A stretch of DNA of 64,000 nucleotides from NCBI GenBank assembly GCA_013239625.1, contig MU053881.1:12662879-12726878 (forward strand). Direction: 5' to 3'. This document shows positions 13,330 through 23,061 of the stretch, one piece after another (position 1 is the first letter of the stretch; the number at the start of each line of letters is the position of its first letter). The notes beneath the pieces are model-generated. The model did not search any database. It worked only from the letters and a program-made list of their open reading frames with translations, and had not been told where the DNA came from. Source of the DNA: Lama guanicoe. Its lineage: Eukaryota. The position numbers were made by a program, and so were the translations under genes.

Positions 13330-13420
13330 TTTTTTTCCTTTTCTTCCTTCCTTCCTTCCTCTCTTCCTCTCTTTCTTTCTTTGTTTCTTTCTTTCCTTTC
13401 CTTTTCTTTCTTTCTTTTTT
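13330..13420. repeat. CT-rich microsatellite (CCTT/CTTT) inside the transposase
   Basis: Pyrimidine run flanked by T-runs at the MAKK/VG codons of the transposase. Confidence 0.85.
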
Positions 13421-14641
13421 TGCCATCTCCACAGTCTCTTTCATGATTTTCTTGATTGGCTCTGTCATAAATCCTGTGAAGTCATGCACAACATCTGGAC
13501 AGTTTTATCCAGCAGGAATTGATTGTCTTAGATTTCATGATTTTCATGGATTTTCTGTGGTAAGAATGATGGCATCTTCACTGATGTAATCCTTCCAGAC
13601 TTTAATGATGTTCTTTCTATGAAGGTTCTCTTCCATAGCATTGACAACCCTTTCCAATGAGTACTGTGTGTAATGAGCTTTATGACCCTCTGATCTAGAA
13701 GCTGAATTAGAGACATTTTGTTTGGGGACAAGAAGACCACTTTGACGTTTTCAGTATTGAACTTGTGGGAATTCTGGATGGCCAAGGACATTGTCCAGTC
13801 TCAAAGGAACATTAAAAAGCAGACTCTTACTGGCAAGGTAGTTCCTAACGTTAGGGACAAAGGATTGATGGAATCAATCCAGAAAAAGGGTTCTCATTGT
13901 CCAGCCCTTCTTTTTGTTCAACAAAAAGCCTGACAGCTAGTGTTTATCTTTTCCCTTCAAGGCTCAAGGGTTCGCAGCTTTATAGATAAGGTCAGTCCCG
14001 ATCATAAACCCAGCTGCATATGCACAAAACAGTAAGCCTATCCCTTCCTGCCTTAAATCCTGGTGCTCACTCTTCTTTCTTACTAATAAATGTCCTTTGT
14101 GGTGTTTGTTTTGTTTTCCAGAATAGGGTAATTTCCTCTGCATTCAAAACCTATTTAGGCTGATAGTCTTTCTCCTCAATGATTTCCTTAATGATGGCTG
14201 GGAACTCTGCTGCTGCCTCTTGGTCAGCAGAAGCTGCTTCTCCCATCATCTTGACATTTTAAAAGTCAAACCTCTTTCTAAAATTACCAAACCATCTTTT
14301 GCTGCCATTTAATTCTCCAGCTTTAGATCCTTCACCTTCCTTTTGTTTTAAGCTGTCATGTACTGACTTCACTTTTTCTCCAATATTCGAGTCTGTAGGT
14401 ATCCTTTCTTATAGCAATGCTGCACCCACATAAAAGCTGTATCTTCAATATGACTTCAAAAGTTCAAGGTTTTCATACCTGCTGGTGCAGCTGCAGGGAC
14501 AGCTTCATTAATTTCCTTTCCTTTTTTTCTTTTTAACAATAGTTTTTACACCAGATTCGCTTATCTTGAATTGGTGACAACTACGGGTGCAGACCTCACT
14601 GTATGGTACATACCAAGCAATTCAGCTTTTGCTTGTAGTGT

Positions 14642-15078
14642 TGTTACTGGAAAAGGGAAATAAGAATTACCTCAGTTCTTAATCATCTGAAAAAAAAAAA
14701 AAGTGAAAGATAGTACACTTCCGAGAATTGGGACCGGCCAATCCAAGAGAGAAAAAAATGGCGCCTTTCCTTTGTTTTTTTCCTGTTGTATCCTAGTTTC
14801 GCGATTGATTGATTGATGGACACCTCAGATTCCCTGCACTCTGGCACGCCCAGCCCCTTTTGGGCAGGTTCATTGGGTCAAGTTACACCAGGTCCCGCTC
14901 CCTTGCACAGCTGCAGCGCTTTGATTTTAACTGGCTTCTTTTACTGGCCCTCGTTTAGGGAAAGTAAAAATTTCGGGAGTCCCTTTTTCTGAATGCAGAC
15001 ACACTGCCATTTCTTGGGTTGTCCTTTTCTCCTTCCTCTCCCCTGCCCAGTGCTCATTTCTATCTGAACTACCTAACA
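14642..15078 (-). mobile_element. Solo LTR (ERV1-like) inserted into the Tigger2 transposase
   Basis: 437 bp, TGTTA...TAACA termini, 4-bp TSD GTGT (14638-14641)/TTGT (15079-15082); removing it rejoins KVLT-LQAKAE; orientation inferred from the TGTTAGGTAGTT start on the minus strand. Confidence 0.85.
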
Positions 15079-15099
15079 TTGTTAGGACTTTTCTCTGCT

Positions 15100-15520
15100 T
15101 CTTGGGCGCACTTCCAGAACCACTAGAGGCACGTTGTGTGGGTCCCCTGGGTTATTCAGGGTTTCCGGTATTTCGCTAAACACGAGGTGAGAACCGCGAG
15201 AGCCGCGAGAGCCGCGAGAGCCGCGAGAGCCGCGAGAGCCCAGAGAGCCCAGAGAGCCCAGAGAGCCCAGAGAGCCCAGAGAGCTCGCGTTACCGCGATA
15301 GGAGACTTACTGCTGCTCAGGCGGAAACGATTAGCATCACTGGCGTCTCAAGCGGATCCTCACAGCCCTGGAGCTTCTCGCGTAGCCTTAGGAGGTGGGC
15401 ACGAAATTACCACAGTGACTGCTGCACGGTATGTGCTACCGTTAATTTTATTCAGTTATGTCTTAATTCTGCATCTTTACGTTTGTTTTTGTTTCTCTCA
15501 ACTGCAAATGGCGCCGTGGG
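15100..15520. promoter_or_regulatory. Small CpG-island-like region in the Tigger2 5' end; candidate promoter
   Basis: About 28 CpG counted by eye in 15107-15441, against about 8 in the 1.6 kb of transposase at 13000-14600; + strand donor ACG|GTATGT at 15428/15429. Confidence 0.55.
15194..15283. repeat. Bipartite 9-bp tandem array (CCGCGAGAG)5(CCCAGAGAG)5
   Basis: Five perfect copies at 15194-15238 followed by five perfect variant copies at 15239-15283. Confidence 0.97.
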
Positions 15521-15792
15521 CAGTTTGTTGCATAAGTTTTGATAAATTTTAATGTTTTATAATAGATTTCTGTATATTGTGTGGTGGAAAATGATACAAT
15601 AGACTAGTATCTACGTGTAATTTATGCATTCAAGATACACCTAACATTTTCGTAATTTTTTTGGTATTTCTAGGCTACGTGGTTCGTCTATGAGTTTTTT
15701 CACACTTTTGGACAGCTCCAAAAGTTTTCCAGTATGTTTATTTCTAAAAAATCCCTGTATGAGTGAACCCATGTTGTTCAAAGGTCAATTAT

Positions 15793-16510
15793 ATAGTCAC
15801 TTGAGAAAACAAGTTAGTATTAGTTGGCAGATGCACATACCCTCAGAACCAGCAATTGTACACCCAGACATATACCTTGGATAAACTCTGACCTGTCTTA
15901 GTGATAAGTTATATATGTATATCTCACAGCTTTTTTTCTTTTTTTCTTTCTCCTGGGGGTAGGTAATTAGGTGTATTTATTATTACTATTATTTAGAGGA
16001 GGTACTGGGGATTGAACCCAGGACTTCATGAATACTAACCATACACTCTACCACTTGAGCTATACCCTCCTCCCCCTCAAGCTTTTTTTCTTAATAGAGG
16101 AAACAATCCAAATGTCTGTCATTAAAAACATTGGGTAACCAAATTCAGTTTGTGCACACAATTTAATAGTGAAATACAGATGGATTTTAAAAGCATAATG
16201 CTAATCAATCAATAGATAAAAGTTGTGGGAAAATCTACGTAAACCTTAAAAATACACATGAGCAAGCTTTTCAGCTAGGGATGTGTCTGTGGGACAAGTC
16301 TAAGGAAAGCCAATTGATGATTAAGAGAAACTTAGTACAGCTGTCACCTCTCAGGGGGTAGGGAGGGGCATCCAGGAATCTTCAAAACATCTGTAAAGCT
16401 CTCTTCCTTAAGCTGGGTTCTGGGTACTGAGTGTTTTATCATTATTTAAATCATACACCTAACAAACTTTAAACGTTGCTATGTATAAAATAGTTCACAA
16501 TTGAAAAGTG
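15793..16510 (+). mobile_element. Old L1 (L1ME-like) ORF2 end and 3' UTR, interrupted by a SINE
   Basis: gcacataccctcagaaccagcaattgtacaccc; aaacaatccaaatgtctgtca; cttaagctgggttctgggtac. Confidence 0.65.
15940..16075 (-). mobile_element. Vic-1-type SINE
   Basis: ggaggtactggggattgaacccagg..ctctaccacttgagctataccctcc; imperfect TSD ctca(c)agcttttttt on both sides. Confidence 0.9.
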
Positions 16511-17724
16511 AATAAAGCACGAATCTTGCTTATACCATGGTGCTGCACTTCCACAGTGCAAACAGAAAGCATTCACTTTCCCCTTGCTGGTACAATTCAA
16601 ATTGATTCTATCTCTTTATTTCTTCCTTTAAGCATCCGTAAAACCCTTTTACAGCAGAGCAGTTTATTTCGCATTTATCATTTTACGTCCTGTTTTAGGG
16701 CTTTAAAATTTGGTGAAAGAAATACTAGTTTCATGTTTGAATACAGGTAATTGTGCAGCTAAGTCAGTAAAATGTAAATCGTTATTGTCAAGATACCTTT
16801 ATGGACTTCTTTATTTACCAAAGAAAACCTTTTTTTGTCTTGTTACATGCTTTGAAAGCCCTTCAGAACATTGACAAGTGACAATCTATAAAGGGTATTT
16901 TGCGTTTCTAATTTATTCTTTTTTATGGAGATGAGCTAGAAAAAATTTTATTATAAGTGCATGAAATTGAAGGTTGGGAGAGGAAATGTGTAGTAAAGGA
17001 AAACAATAGAAATTTATGTGCATAACGTTCTATTTTTTCCTAAATATTCTTTTCTGTTCTCCATGGCTGTTTCCTTCTTATTCTTTGATAATGCCCAAGC
17101 ATTTTGTCCATTAAGTAAGAAAGAACTTCTATCCACCTATTTGAAGGGCATAACCTTCAACTAATGCCACTTCTAATTTCCCAAATAATTATAATTTAGA
17201 GCTGACAGCAGAAGAAGACCAAAGATAAGGGCCATTTAGGGAAAAGGCCTATTTTTCTGGCTGTCTGCAAAGTGCCATATATAATATAAAGAGTGGTAAA
17301 GATTGAAGCTAGTTGGAATCTAGAAACAAAGTTACTTCTACTGAGTATTTTTTCTCCCTCTTATTGTGGTTCAGATCAGGATATCTAATTCTTTCTAATA
17401 CTAAATCCTCTAGTTAAAAAATATTAAAAAATTATAGTTTAGAAAAAATGATGTATTGATTCAAATGTTTTAATTTCCTTCCTTACATGCATAAGACACC
17501 TTCTAGAGTTAAATCATGGCAAGACATGGGTGTGAAATGCAGAAGCTGAGTTAAAAGTCAAGCTTTTGGAGACAGGTAGCACTTTTTCTGCAGAGTTAAC
17601 CTACATTTTTGTTTCAAGAATTGGAGAGAACATCTCCCCCGCTTTGCTTTAGAAGCGCAGCTCTCAGGAATGTAAAGGGACTTTGGGTGCTTGTATTATT
17701 ATCATCTTTGGTCTTCACCCTTCC

Positions 17725-18141
17725 TATCAATTAAGGTTCTTAAGTTGCAAGCAAATAAGGTGAACTCTGATAAGCCTAAGCAAAGAAGATAATTGTTGGA
17801 AGGATATGGAGCAGTTCAGAGAATTGTTGAATAAGGGTATAAAGATGAAAACTTTAAAAATGACCGCGGTCATGCTGAAAATCCAGGGAGCAGACATGGA
17901 TGTTCTTTAGAGGCACGTCTGTTGGGTGAATGAACTTGAACTTCTTTTAATCTGGGGGTTTTTCTGCTGAAGATTCAAGTTCCTGGAAGAGAGAGCATCT
18001 GGCCTCTTGCCCACCCTTGGCCAGGAGATGATGGGGGGGGCCTTGCTCTGTTTTCCCACTAAATTTATATTCAAAGTAAAATCACGGTCCTGTGACAAAA
18101 AAAAAAATAGGAAACTGATGCTGGGATAGCACTAAACTACA
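17725..18141 (-). mobile_element. MaLR LTR (MLT1K/L-like)
   Basis: gttgcaagcaaataaggtgaactctgataagcctaagcaaag is the reverse complement of an MLT1 3' end. Confidence 0.6.
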
Positions 18142-19179
18142 GACAAACAAAGCAGATTGTGAAAATACGTTACCACAGCACTCGTGGCAGGGATGCGTTG
18201 CCTGGCTCCCCATTTAAAATGACATTACTTCTCTGGACAACTCATTTACAATATTAAAAATGGTGATGTTAGTAACTCTCCAACTAAACTAGTTTGCCCA
18301 GGGGGCAAAAGCAGAAGAACCGTGATCAGTCTGGAGAGCATTAGTGAATAGGGCACTTTGGGCTAGAGTGATTCGTAGGAGTTAAATGACTGAGTCTACA
18401 GTTTGTTCTTCATTAGATGGATGTTTATGCCAAGGGAATGGTTGATTCACCGTGTTTTATTACACTCTTAATGGTCCCTCAAATTAACAAGAAGTTCCCT
18501 TGCCTCTGTTGACCAGAAAACACAAACACGATTTGGTGGGCCTAGGTAAAGAATACGCCCCCGGGTCCAGTGAGGTGAAATGAAGAGCAAATTAGGGGAA
18601 TGAAGTATCCGTGCTGTTGTATAAATGAAAGATCTTCCTTAGGTTTCTTGTCTGGTAGCGGAGAACTAAATGACATAGTTTCCAATAACAAGACAGTGTT
18701 ACCTCTGGCTGGGATTTGGGCTAATAAACCTTTTACCCTGGAGAAATTGGAAATACATATTGCTCATTTGTATTGCTCATAGTGGCTCTACTTTATGGTA
18801 CCATTATCTTCTAAAATATGGGCACTTTTATCATCAAATTACTCCTTAATGTTTATTGTCTAATCAAAGCTGGATGAAATTAAAATCAAATTGATTTTCA
18901 TTTTAATTTGTGGGAGGCCTTATCAAGATTTTTCTTGGGAAGTCTCTTAAAGAAACAGTAAGTTTCTCTAGAGTTTGAGGTTTAACTTTGCAGAGTCTCA
19001 AGAACCCACAGACCCTCGCGTATGGTGAAGATTGTAAATTGTCTGCTTCGTGTTTATCTTCTCTTTCTTCATCAGTAACATTCCCATGAATTGTGGAGAC
19101 AGGGAAGGGAAGCAGTGTGCCCTGCTCAAGAAACAAAACCATAATCAAACTCCTGCAATTTCCAGCCTCTCCTACAGAT

Positions 19180-19563
19180 AAAAATGACTGACATGTAAGC
19201 AGAAGTCATTTGGTAGAGATTCCAGGAAAAATCTGTAAAGGGATCACCTTGGTGGGGAGATGCACCCTGTCTATCTGTCCCCCTTTTCCCTTCTTCCCGC
19301 CTCCATGGGAACGTGATGGCTGCAGCTGGTCTGCTTTGTTTTCACTGAGACAACTTTGCGAATGAAAGCCACGTGTTAAAGACAACAGGACGGTGAGATG
19401 GTAGAGGCTTAGGACGATGAGAATATGATCCATCTTCCATATCAGTCCTGGTTGGCTTGCCTCTTCTAGGCTTCTATGCTAAGAGAGAATAAAACTTTAT
19501 CTTGCTCAAATAATGGTTATTTCAGGTTTAAGCAGCTGAATGCAATTCCAATTTCATGTGACA
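19180..19563 (+). mobile_element. MaLR LTR (MLT1J-like)
   Basis: atgtaagcagaagtc..tgatggctgcagct..agagagaataaaactttatcttg..gcagctgaatgcaattcc. Confidence 0.65.
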
Positions 19564-19798
19564 TTCTTAACAGTTTGTTGTGTGTTATTAGGCTGCTTTC
19601 CACTAAACCAGTGTAAGCTCGTGGGAAGATGGTGGGAAGGACAAACTACACACGGCAAAAATGAGAGAGTGGTATAGAACTAAAGGAGACAAAGAAATGC
19701 AGAGCAAGGGCAGAAATTATGAGAACAATTAAGCATTTTAAAAGTAGCCCCTGGGGGCTTCTACTTTCATTAATACAGTAACCCCGCGAGCAACCATG

Positions 19799-20290
19799 GT
19801 AGCAAATGCTAAATAATACAATGTAGCACAGTGAGCCATAGGTACTATGCTGTGTGAAGTAGACCTCCAGAATTTATCTCACAGGAATGAAACTTTGTAA
19901 GCTTTGAGCATCACCTCCTTTCCCCTCCCCTCAGCCCCTGGCAACCACCATTGTACTTTCTGCTTCTCAGAGTTTGACTGTTTTAGATTCCACATATAAG
20001 TAATGCTGTGTAGTAATTGTCTTTGTGTCTAACTCATTTCATTTAGCATCATGTCCTCCAGAACTATCCATGTAGATCTTATGTTAAGTGTTCTTACCAC
20101 ACACAGATAATAAACATAGTAACAATAGCAAAGGGAATGAAAGTTTGGGAGGTGATGGGTATGTCTGTGGCCTTGGTGGTGGTGATGATTTCATCTGTGT
20201 ATGCTTATCCCCAAACTCATAGGGTTGTATACAGTAAATATGTACATATTTTACATGTCAATCATATCTTAATACAGTGCCTAAAAAGAA
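19799..20290 (+). mobile_element. 5'-inverted L1 (L1MA10/L1MB-like) 3' end
   Basis: 19799-20073 is L1 in minus orientation; 20074-20290 is the adjoining L1 3' terminus in plus orientation. Confidence 0.8.
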
Positions 20291-20569
20291 TAAAGCAAAT
20301 AGGCTTCACTACTTAATACCTAGGTGGGAAAATGTGAAAATGTTAACTGTAGTGTGGAGATCTCCTCTCTTTCCGTCGTGCATGGATCTTTATTTATTTT
20401 ATTTTATTTTTTAATTAAAAAATTTTTTTTTGAATTTTTTGTGCATGGGTTTTTAAACAGCAGATGTTTGATCTTAAGTCCTTCTTGGAACAAGAATGGT
20501 ACCAATAAATAAATAAATATCTGAAAAGTAACTAAATGAACATGTATAAACTGTCTTGTAAAAGGCATT

Positions 20570-20940
20570 TCTTGTTTTTGCCAGGCCAGTATCTATTTTC
20601 CTATCTTTTGGTAGCTGCAGTCTGATTTTGAGGAGTAACCACCCCTCCCACGCTGTTAGGTTTGGAGGAGACTGGCCTCCTATGTTGGCACCATGGTGGG
20701 GCAAACAACTCAGGCCTGTCCATATTTCATCTCCTTCCACAAAGGCTGGTGCAGGAGTCAGCGATGTGTCACGAGGAAGGCCAGTAGGATGTAGTCTAGT
20801 TAAGGCTGGGACAGAGGAGCTCTTGTTTGCCACCTGTGAGGAGCAGGGAATCTTGGAGCTGCCTGTGACATCTCAGGAGAGAGCCTGCCTGAAGTTGGTG
20901 CCAACACAGGAAAGCAGACTTGAGAGACCGAGAGGAGCAG
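20570..20940 (+). mobile_element. Old ERVL LTR (LTR16-like)
   Basis: ggagagagcctgcctgaagttggtgccaacacaggaaagcagacttgagaga motif. Confidence 0.55.
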
Positions 20941-21165
20941 GTTTCTGACTGCAGCACTCCAAACACAGGCTCTAAGTGGTTTTGTGCAGGTGGTACAAGG
21001 CTCCACTGTGGAAAACATTGTTTTGTACTTCAGGCTACGTAGAGAAATCGCCTGAAAGAATCAGAGACCTGTTTTAGTCACATCCCCTGTTACTTGCTAG
21101 TTTCTGGTGTACATTAAACTCATGTTGCCACTGCTTGAAATGTATTGCACTTGCACTCTTCCACT

Positions 21166-21505
21166 TTTTTTTTAGTTAAAGTACAGTTGATATACAATAT
21201 TGTTAGTTTCAAATCTTTAGGATAGTGATTCAGTATTTTTGTAGATTAAACTCCATTGTAGGTTATTATAAGATAATGGCTATAATTCCCTGTGCTGTCC
21301 AGTAGGTACTTGTTGCTTGTCTATTTTCTATGTAGTAATATGTATCTATTAATATTTCACCCTTAATTTGTCCCTCCCCCTGTTCCTCTCTCCTTTAGTA
21401 ATGACACATTTGTTTCATGTGTCTGTGAGTTTGTTTCTGTTTTGCATATACATTCATTTGTCTTAGTATTTTAGATTCCACATACAAATATCATACAGCA
21501 TTTGT
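21166..21505 (-). mobile_element. Artiodactyl-type L1 3' end
   Basis: Poly-T then aagtacagttgatatacaatattg..ttccctgtgctg..ttagattccacata. Confidence 0.8.
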
Positions 21506-22689
21506 CATTATACCTGTGGGGAAAGGGGCAAAGCTGATGAGACTGGGAACGGGGAGTTTGTGACTGGGTGAAAAAAGACTGAGGGTTCACCTTTTCTTAA
21601 CGTCTGTCATCCTGGTTACTACACTTTAAAGTAGGTATTTGCTCCTAGAAAACATAACAGAAAATTTTGCCACATTCATGGAAGCCCCCAAATTCCAAAA
21701 CACCATCCAGCAATCCCCCAAAGTACTATATTCTGTGTTCAACTAACATGCGGAACTGTCTCTTTTTTCCCTAGCTGAACATTCTGCAGCAGTATTTTCT
21801 CAAAAACTGTACCTTGGTGGGCCATTCTGCTCTGCCACGTTAGCTACTGAGCCTACAATGTGGCTTTGCTGGCAGCAAAATATGTCTTCGTATCATAATC
21901 ACTGCTGTAATAAATGGGATAACAGAGAGTGTCTATTGAGTGAGGCTTTGATGGGCCCACAGGAGTTGTGTATCATATAAAAAACAAAAATGAGTTCAAG
22001 GCTACAAACCATAAAGTTCCCTTTCACAGCGGCAGGATGACAACCTGTGTGATACAATCATTGGTGTTTTCCGCAATCAGAAGTCTGCTGCCGATCCCTG
22101 TCAGTATTCCAGCTTCCTAAACAGGTTCTGTTTAGGCTGATTCCAAAGATAACCTTTTCTGCTAGAGAAAAATATCACAATCCTTTCTGTAGAAGAGTGT
22201 AAAACTTGTATCCTGTTTTTTTGTTTTTTGTTTTTTTTTTTTTTGGCTCCTATTTTAGGTGCATATATAATTTCTGTTAAAGTACTCTGAGTTTTTAAGA
22301 CTATAGATTGTGCTCATTTAGTAGTATTCTGGGTGAGTAGGCTAGTAAAATATTGGGGGCCAGAAATTTACAGATATAAGTTTATAAAAGTTAAGAAATT
22401 GAATTGTCATTTGTTTTAAATGTACCTAGCTGAGAAAATAGCAGTATTTGCTATTATATAGGGCAAAATAATCTTTCAGTCTAAATTCAGTATTTCTACA
22501 TAAAATCATTTGAAGATGTTAGAATGTGTTCTGTGAGGAAAAGTGACATGGTAAGTTATGTGGGTGGGTAAATCCCCATGCAGGTATTTTTCTCCTTTCT
22601 GCCTTGTTTTTCTTTTATTTATTTAGTTTTTTTTTGTTTTTTTGTTTTTCTTTTAGTTCAAGAAAAATGCCCAGAGTACAGGACAACTC

Positions 22690-23007
22690 CCAAAGCCCTG
22701 CCTGTCTCCACTTGCCTTCTGTTTATTCAGTCAGTCATTTGGTTACATAGCAAGTAATTGCGGGTCGGCTTGTTAAACAACGTGCTAAATGTGAAATGTC
22801 AACCCTTGCTCTAGACTTTCCTGTTCAGGGCATCACGTGAAGACTTCATTGGGCTTTACAGTGGCTTTCTGATTTTGGTAGTCCATTGGAAAGAGGAGTT
22901 TGAAATTTGTTGTGTACTGTTAATGATTATCTGCCCATGTCCTGTCTGAAATACCAGGATTGTTTATGAAAAGTATCTTTAATAAAGCGGGATACAGTTT
23001 GGCTTGG
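22690..23007 (+). pseudogene. HMGN2: 5'-truncated processed pseudogene, distal 3' UTR only, probably HMGN2 (HMG-17)
   Basis: Closely resembles the mRNA end I recall for HMGN2 (gaagacttcattggg..tctgcccatgtcctg.ctgaaatacca..aagtatctttAATAAAgc.ggatacagtttggcttgg); AATAAA at 22981-22986; parent assigned from memory only. Confidence 0.65.
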
Positions 23008-23024
23008 GGGAAAGAAGATCTATT

Positions 23025-23061
23025 TCCCCTTCCTTCCTCCCTCCCTTCCTTCCTTCCTTCC
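23025..23061. repeat. (CCTT)n microsatellite
   Basis: ccttccttcctccctcccttccttccttccttcc. Confidence 0.85.

Larger units (their letters stand above)
12797..15148 (-). pseudogene. Decayed Tigger2 transposase (CENP-B HTH + DDE_1, TIGD1-like)
   Basis: Minus-strand peptides GSAPKKQRKVLT|LQAKAELL, VLNAEEITLFWK, RLDNVLGHPE, IQLLDQRVIK, MDPYMILAVKLKQMVE, DEDLYNDP. The start position reads AGG; there are frameshifts, an LTR insertion and a microsatellite insertion. Confidence 0.9.
12632..15791 (-). mobile_element. Tigger2-family (Tigger2/Tigger2f) TcMar DNA transposon; 5' TIR present, 3' end truncated
   Basis: Terminus gttgttcaaaggtcaatta followed by TA at 15792-15793; transposase peptides along the whole body; no matching TIR at the left end. 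Confidence 0.9.

Noticed and set aside
13158..13589. 143-aa hydrophobic ORF
   Set aside because: Antisense of the transposase plus the CT microsatellite.
15194..15283. CRISPR-like array
   Set aside because: Head-to-tail 9-mers with no spacers, in mammalian DNA.
15136..15552. 138-aa ORF with RAA/RAQ repeats as a protein-coding gene
   Set aside because: GTG start, entirely within Tigger2 sequence, and its length is inflated by a stop-free 9-bp array; kept only as a hypothesis under findings.
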